From Balanoglossus misakiensis (taxonomy: Eukaryota; Animalia; Hemichordata), in NCBI GenBank assembly GCA_040954595.2, contig CM082589.2:4540213-4604212 (forward strand): DNA of 64,000 nucleotides. The letters are read 5' to 3'. This document shows, one piece after another, positions 56,901-64,000 of this stretch. Made by a program: the position numbers and the translations under genes. Numbering within the stretch: the first letter of the stretch is position 1; every line of letters begins with the position of its first letter. The notes beneath the pieces were generated by a model that was not told where the DNA came from, did not search any database, and saw only the letters and a list, made by a program, of their open reading frames with translations.

Positions 56901-57668
56901 AACGTTAATCTTAACCTTGCCACAAGGGCGAACTTTAAGCTGTCAGCAGAATATATGATTGATTTGGATAGATGAGTAATAACGTTTTATGGAGAGATGT
57001 AAATTAATCGCAGCGTCACGGTAAACAACTTTTCTCCTCGCATAAAGAAATCAGGTGGAAAAGCTTGCTGTTGGTTTTCACCTGGTCTCCTGCGTGGCTG
57101 TCAGAATTCATTCAGCAAAATGTAAACTTTGCTCCCGTAAATGCCCTTCTGCTAAAACAAGATTTATAAAAACCCAGTATTGGGATTACACGCACATGTA
57201 TGTCCATTAAGGCAATAACGTAATCGAATGTTAAATCTAACATTGCCACAGTCCCGTGGGGTAATCATTGCTGCGGCGCTGACAGGGACGTGGATAGTCA
57301 GCGCTCTGACGGTTTTCTCAGGGGATTTTGTCAAATGGATTGGATAAGAGGGCTTCTGACGAGCAAGCGTCAAAGAGGTCAGCGGGGACTCAATAGGCAT
57401 AATAAATTAGCACTACAGTATATATTCTAAGTGAGCGTGTTTGAGTTTTGTGGCAATACAAACATATGGCGCGGCAGTATTTACACTTCATAAACTCTCA
57501 ATGCATGACCATGTGCCTACAACTATCGATAGAAATTGCACCTGCAGGGTTTAAAGTATTATAAAATCGCGTCAAGGACACGGGGGTCCCATTGAGTGAT
57601 TACACAAGAAAAAGTCTACACCGGAGTACATGGCCATATACAGACCGACACACACACATAGCGAGAGA

Positions 57669-58040
57669 TCAATGGGCAAGCACTGACTGACCCATAAGCT
57701 GCCAATGGCCTATTTACTGTACATACACTAAATAGAACAGCTGGCCTCTTTAAAACTTAGCCAGTTATGCAAAGCAGTCTGACCAGTAGTTCTTGAGTTA
57801 CAGAGTTTTGACCAAATTAACATTTTTCCAGCTAATTTGCATATTTTTGGCAATGACAACTTCATTTGAACAAACTCCCATTTACAGCCCAGCCTGCATC
57901 AGCACACTGAATATCAAGGTGATACACGCAGCGGTTTTCAAGTTTTTGATGTGGACGGACATACAGACATACATCCATACATACAGATGCAACCGAACCC
58001 ATTGTTGTTGGGTCCCATTGGTATGTAAAATGGGACCCAA
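57669..58040. mobile_element. Non-autonomous interspersed element, copy A (Helentron/HINE-like layout)
   Basis: Begins tcaatgggcaagcactgactgacccataagc, contains a (CATA)n tract, and ends in the palindrome gggtcccatt...aatgggaccc. Near-identical to 58309-58790 but lacks about 90 bp. The family assignment is inferred from layout only. Confidence 0.6.
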
Positions 58041-58308
58041 CAACAATCTAATATCGCACTGTCGACACAGAGATGTGTGTTGCACTGACCTGCGTTAACA
58101 GATCCCGTGAGGAGTACGGTGCCCAGAGTGCTAACACATCCCCAATAGAAACTCATATGGACACAAACTATTTATATTTCTAGGTCCAAAACTTTAACTA
58201 CAGTGAGACAAAACTGTTAGGCTTTTCTCATATTTAAATCAAGTATTGAAATGCAAAATAAGACAGACGGGAGTGGTTCTTCTTTTCTCCAATGAAGTTC
58301 AACTGTGC

Positions 58309-58790
58309 TCAATGGGCAAACACTGACTGACCCATAAGCTGCCAATGGCATATGTACTGTACATACACTAAATAGAACAGCTGGCCTCTTTAAAACTTAG
58401 CCAGTTATGTAATCATTCAGGAATTTGCTGTGTTCATATGAAACACAGAGTTCCTGCCTAATTAAAACAACTCAATAAAGTAAATACACACCACTTTGCA
58501 AAGCAATCAGACCAGTAGTTCTTGAGTTACTGAGTTTTGACCAAATTCACATTTTTCCAGCTAATTTGCATATTTTTGGCAATGACAACTTCATTTGAAC
58601 AAACTCCCATCTACAGCCCAGCCTGCATCAGCACACTGAATATCAAGGTGATACACGCAGCGGTTTTCAAGTTTTTGATGTGGACGGACATACAGACATA
58701 CATCCATCCATACATACATACATCCATACATACATACAGACGCAACCGATCCCATAAGGTCCCATGGTACATACCAATGGGACCCATTAA
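58309..58790. mobile_element. Non-autonomous interspersed element, copy B (Helentron/HINE-like layout)
   Basis: Direct-orientation near-duplicate of copy A with a longer (CATA)n tract and 3' hairpin ggtcccat...atgggacc. Confidence 0.6.
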
Positions 58791-58915
58791 TGGCATATGA
58801 TAAATGTTGAAACGAACCAAAATGGGCCAACACGAGCCAAACGACCATTAACCGGCTGAAACGAGCTATATAAACAATAAATAATCTAATTTCTGTCCTA
58901 TTTTGCCATTCTCAG

Positions 58916-59124
58916 ATCAGAAGATGTACGACGCGTTCCAGGAATTCGACGAAGACGGAGACGGCTTCATCAGCCGCGACGAACTGCGCCACGCCACGTG
59001 GTCGCTGGGTTTCAAAATGACGGAGGAGGAGCTGTCCCAGATGATCGCCCAGGTCGACCAAGATGGCGACGGCAGGGTGAACTACAGCGAGTTTACTAAA
59101 ATGATGAAAGGCGCGTTCCGATAA
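58916..59124 (+). CDS. EF-hand gene 6: single-lobe calmodulin-like protein (terminal exon; at least 66 aa)
   Basis: Acceptor ttttgccattctcAG, phase 1; [32 protein letters not shown]...[22 protein letters not shown]. No upstream coding exon was identified. Translation may start at ATG 58924 after a non-coding exon (strong GTAAGT donor at 56597). Confidence 0.8.
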
Positions 59125-61820
59125 CGACGGTGCAGACGGCGCACCTGCGCAGCCTGCCACAACTACGGTGCGATTATGCACCTCAGTTTCATTGTGATGC
59201 GGTCGGGCGCGTTTGATGTCGTTCCGCGCGAGGCGAAATTAAAGATTACCCGTGGTTGATAAACATTTCTATAGAACAGTGGGTCTGAATATTGAGTTCC
59301 TTTGTCCCCATCGACTTGCACAGCGGTTATTGCTATCGCACGCCTGAATCGCTATAAGGGTCAATCATCCGACTTTTCTGTGTGTTACATGTAGGCGGCA
59401 CAGTATTGGTAACTTACCACGGGAGACGCATCATCGGCTCAAGGGGGAGCCATCCAAAGTACACTTCAAAAAGGGCTTTCGCAGATAATCGGACGCCTGT
59501 CACATTAATAACATAATTCTCCTGATTGTAGGCCAGTGCGTGTCATCACTCTAAGTGAAAGAAATCAAATTACTTCTGAGTGGTTGCCGTTTGAATCTGC
59601 TTTGATTATTTCTTGGTCAGCACTAAGGTTCTGGAATGTGCATCTCTCGGTTTTAAAACGTGGTGCCTTGATTTGGCGCATGATGAAGCGGCCATTGACT
59701 CGCTGCAGTCAAACCAGGCTTGGCGTTTGGTTCAACTAGGTGGGACATCATTTAAACGCGTTCACTCGATTCTTTTTCAAAAATTGTCATTGAATGTCAC
59801 ACAGTTTCTTGAGTGTGACAGAAGAGGCTGTACGTTACATTTTCGACCTTCCTTCACTCGGATCAGTATCCGTCTTTCAAGTTGAAACAGGGTTCTGTCT
59901 TTTAAACGTATTCAGCACAGAGGCATTCCATTCGACGCGTGATTAGCATCGCCGGCAAGGGAGCTCAGAATACCATTTGATAATTACAGTCCTTTGCCAC
60001 ACTCTTCGCCAATACGAGTTCTCCGCAGTGTGTGGTCGTCGTCTGTCTCTTCTGGTAGACGACAACTGCAAAATTAAACATTTTTGCAACGGGGATGCAT
60101 GCACGACGTGCTAATCAAACAGAGAATGGCTGACTAATGAACTGCGTGTATATAAGTGCCCCATTGATTTTTTACTGAAAATCAAATACTGCCAAAGCGT
60201 TTAACGTTTATAGTGATATATGCCTGAGGCCTTTGGCGCGGCCTTGTGCCAGGGCACAGTGTTAGAATTTCAAATTTCAAATGTGACTTCTTTTTAGATG
60301 GAAAGTTTTAACAACGTGTATTTTGATACTTTACATTAAACAAACTAGATTTCAATTCGTCTTTTCTGAGCTAGGTAATACTTCAAAGTGTCGTGCTGAG
60401 GACTAGACTTGACTTAATATCCCGGATGTGACCGTAACGAGGCTGACCCAAAAGAAGTCATCTAACATCGGTTTACCGGGTAATATTTGAATATATACCG
60501 TGATAAACTCGCATGAAAATAATTTGTCAAATAAAATTATTTGTGCTGGAAAAAATAATGAATTCATTTTTTAAGTAAACGGCTTTGTATATCAGAGAAG
60601 TAAAAAAAATATTGAGAACGTCGGTTACGCGCTGAGGGCGCTCCGCATGTCGAGACCAATCAAAGAACAAACCGTATTCAACGAGCTACTTCACCATTGT
60701 TCATACTTAAATTAAAATGATGTGTCCTGCGAAATGAATGAATAACTTTTAAACTGAGAATACCCACCTACATGTATGCGAAATTATTAAAGTTCTTCTA
60801 TAATTACTTCAACAATATTTTGAACTCAAGATAACAAGATATTTATAAGTTTTTGAAATATTTATATTTTTACTGTTTTACGATATCAGATTGCATCCAT
60901 TATGTATTCTATACTCATGCCAAGCTTTGTAGAGAATTTTGACTTTGTAGAAATATATTCTAGAAATCTACATTTTCTGATTCATTATATGTGTGAACGA
61001 GTGATACTAGTATGTGAGGGTGAGCGTGTGTGTGTGTCAAGTTTCCCGCCAGACTGTTGAACTCGCCGATTGTATCTCATTATTCAAAAGCGGCATCGAG
61101 AACGTTTTGCAAACACAAAGTAACTGAGAAACGGACTGAGTGTTTCACCAATATTTTCAAGGATGTGGCCAACAGTGTATGAGCATACATACTCATATTT
61201 CCCGATCTACTTTAGTTTCAGAAGTTATTAGTTGTTTTTTTTGCATATATGTACAATTTAACAGCCGTGAATATTGTGGTCCATAGAACCTGGGTATGAT
61301 TTGTTATTGCAACTGGGGATATTTAAGGGAGTTTAAAGGATTTGCGTTCAGGAGTAAATGCGCTGGAAGAGCAACAACGTATATGTGAGGAATTAAAAGC
61401 CATCTTCGGGCAAAGTGAATAGCAATCTCACAATATCGTAATATGCAGCTTGGGATTTGTGCAAACCCAGGACAGCTGTGCTCACTCCCCCTCTCTAACA
61501 ACTGTAACCCTATACACCTCTTCCCCGAGAGAAGTTATATGCAATCTTTTATTCCTCTTGAAATTTCTAGCCACGCGCAAACATTAAGAAGATGGAATGG
61601 CCTCATCACTTGCGAGATGTTTACCGCACAGGTATCGATTGGGCTTTTTGTGAATCATCAAAACTGCGATGAACCGGAAATTACCGGCATCTGTCTGACT
61701 GTCATCCTATTATTTTACATGCAGTTCTTTTCGTTTTATCTGAAATAAATTCAAAGCACTTGACGGCAAGGATAACGAATGATTGAACATTTGGTCGGCA
61801 GAAATTTGGTCGGCAGAAAT

Positions 61821-61888
61821 TCCCTTGTAGTCTGATAGTCTGAAAATAGATCTTTTGCACAGAGTTCGTGGGTTCAATTCGCTAAGTG
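61821..61888 (+). pseudogene. Possible degenerate tRNA-derived sequence (tRNA pseudogene or SINE head)
   Basis: TCCCTTGTAGTCT start, A-box-like TAGTCTGATAG and B-box-like GGTTCAATTC at tRNA-like spacing; cloverleaf stems are not intact. Confidence 0.25.
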
Positions 61889-62041
61889 TTTTTCATTACA
61901 GTTAGAGTGGTGAAACTTAGACAGATGACACAACGCAATTCGACCAAAGTTCATCCACAATCAATTATCCGGTATTCCATAGTGGACATTTGAAACAAAG
62001 AAAGTACCTGGTTTACTGACAGTTAAGCAAACAAAATGACC

Positions 62042-62198
62042 TGTGTTGTGTTGTGTTTTGTTTTGTTTTGTTTTGTTTTGTTGTGTTGTGTTGTGTTGTG
62101 TTGTGTTGTGTTGTGGTGTGGTGTGGTGTGGTGTGGTGTGGTGTGGTGTGGTGTGGTGTGGTGTGGTGTGGTGTGGTGTGGTGTGGTGTGGTGTGGTG
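62042..62198. repeat. (TGTGT/TGTTT/TGTGG)n pentanucleotide microsatellite
   Basis: Long 5-mer array that explains the low-complexity ORFs at 62013-62405. Confidence 0.95.
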
Positions 62199-62438
62199 TT
62201 TTGTCATAACCAAAGAAGGGAACAGCAAGCGCGAAAATAAACCCCTACTACCAAGTATTTCATTTGCATACGACAAGGAAATGCTATAAATCATGTGCTT
62301 ACACCTGTTAGTAGCATTGGCATTGTTTTGCACAGCAAACTTTGCAACACACTGTGACATTTTGCTGCTGCGGCGCAACATACTATATCCAACGTAGATT
62401 TGCAAAGTGAAAGTCAGAATTTCGTAGACGAAGCGACA

Positions 62439-63171
62439 ATGGCTGCCGACAGACCCACCATGTCAGAAATAGCCGGTAAGTTTAAGAACAGTCCAGCAGA
62501 AGAAATTTACAGAAGTTTACTTCCTTAATGCGTGGACCATTAAGAAGGCACGCCCTGAGGTTCTTCGTGATAAGCTTACCAGAGCAATGGAGACAAAACT
62601 GTCAAGAACTGCTTTTACAACTATCGCGAAATCTCTCTCCGATTTGTATTTCCCCGCCAATTTATAAAACGTATTTTATTTCTCAGTTTTCCATTTACAC
62701 CAAGGCCTATTCACACCTAGAGAGCGAGAGCGCAGCCCTTTGTTGTCACTGATGATGTCATCAGAGCGTGTCGCCGACGTCTGTCACTATGTGTTAATTC
62801 TCGCTAAATATTGGCGCTGTATCAATCAGTGCAGAACTCCGCTTTCGGCTACGAAATTCGCGTTGCCCAAACATGTAATCAATGACGTTTATGACACCAG
62901 ATCACAGTCTCATCTGTCGTGTAATTGTTCAATTAATATCAGAGAATTACCAACTGATAGAGGCAGTATTTTCGGCTGTGTTATTACATCTGGGTGTGGG
63001 CCAAACACTTATCGCCGGCCACAATGTCATAGGTCCATAGCTATTATGGTGATAAAATTAATGTGTAGTTAAGCAATCGAACCAAGCTGTGTTGCTTGTC
63101 TGGTCTTCAGGACACAGGCGCCTCCCCCTCTCTGTCTGTCTGTCTGTCTCTCCCTCTCTCTCTCTCTCTCT

Positions 63172-63211
<40 letters not shown>

Positions 63212-63864
63212 ATACAAACCCACACATTTCTCTCTCATACATTTTCCCATACAGATTTGATAACGCCGACATATATTCGAAAGAAATTTCAAGAATGCAA
63301 CGTGTCTGAATCTGGCTTTCTGAGCCTGTCTGAAATCAGAAAGTGGCTGGCAAGAGATGGGCGCCCCCACAGCGACAAGGATGTCTGCTTGTTCATGCGA
63401 AATCTTGATCGAGATAAAGATTCTCGAATCGATTTCGCCGAATTTGCACTGTATTGCTTAGAAGACGCGTTTAAGGAGGCTGGTGTACAAAGGAAGAAAA
63501 AGTCGCTATTGACTACTATGCACAAAAGAGGTAATCAGACTACACATGCCAGGATATGCATGTTTACAACAAATTATTAGATGCACTTAATGTGTATCAC
63601 TTATGTATCCATAAATTGATACATACATTCTTATTTCTTTTGATAGTTCCTACCCAGTTTGAATTGGAGATGGAGTTTCGAAAAGTCGACACCGACCAGA
63701 ATGGAAGTATCTCTATAGAGGAACTGAAGACAGCACTTGGCTGTACGACGGATGACGACGACGAGTGGCTTCGCTTCATGACAATAGCAGACGACGATAA
63801 AGATGGAGAAATCACACTCGACGAATACATAGTCGCCATGATAAAACTGTATCTCAAAGACTGA
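62439..63864 (+). CDS. EF-hand gene 7: four-EF-hand protein with degenerate N-lobe (~176 aa)
   Basis: Exons 62439-62475 (MAADRPTMSEIA, G|GTAAGT), 63255-63530 (loops NVSESGFLSLSE and DRDKDSRIDFAE, basic linker QRKKKS), 63647-63864 (DTDQNGSISIEE and DDDKDGEITLDE). All introns are phase 1; TATAAA at about 62285. Confidence 0.85.
63122..63210. repeat. (CT)n/(CTGT)n microsatellite
   Basis: Pyrimidine tract just upstream of the acceptor at 63254. Confidence 0.9.
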
Positions 63865-64000
63865 AGACCGAGAGACGCGTTGTTGGTCAGGATGGATATG
63901 TGTCCTCGCCAAATGTGAAGTTTATTACACAAGACAGCTTCGATCCATTCGTAACTTAATATACGATGGTTGTAATATATCTTTAATGCGAAAACTTTAC

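Noticed and set aside
62013-62405. His/Thr- and Cys/Val-rich repetitive ORFs
   Set aside because: Translations of a pentanucleotide microsatellite.

Overview
This is eukaryotic, intron-rich, microsatellite-rich DNA, most likely from a marine invertebrate animal; the species cannot be fixed from sequence alone. Almost all ORFs in the supplied track are spurious, and the real genes had to be assembled by hand from GT-AG splice sites. (1) Seven calmodulin-like EF-hand genes are spread over the window. All are built from one intron-free 'EF-hand pair' exon entered by a phase-1 intron. Five encode single-lobe (2 EF-hand) proteins and two encode 4 EF-hand proteins made of two such exons. Four begin with a tiny first exon encoding an M-G-C myristoylation/palmitoylation signal. 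(2) Inside the cluster is a membrane NIT-domain (nitrate/nitrite-sensing fold) guanylyl cyclase-like gene whose catalytic Asp, Asp, Asn and Arg positions are all substituted. It lies head-to-head with a 14-exon SLC5A5/6/8/12-like Na+:solute symporter. (3) Two paralogous ~135-nt minus-strand elements (623-757, 1298-1431) have A/B-box-like motifs, TTTT terminators and compensatory stem changes, and look like unannotated Pol III structured RNAs (vault-RNA-like). (4) Tandem repeats, a hairpin MITE-like insertion, a duplicated Helentron/HINE-like element and many microsatellites. All gene models are manual predictions without transcript support.
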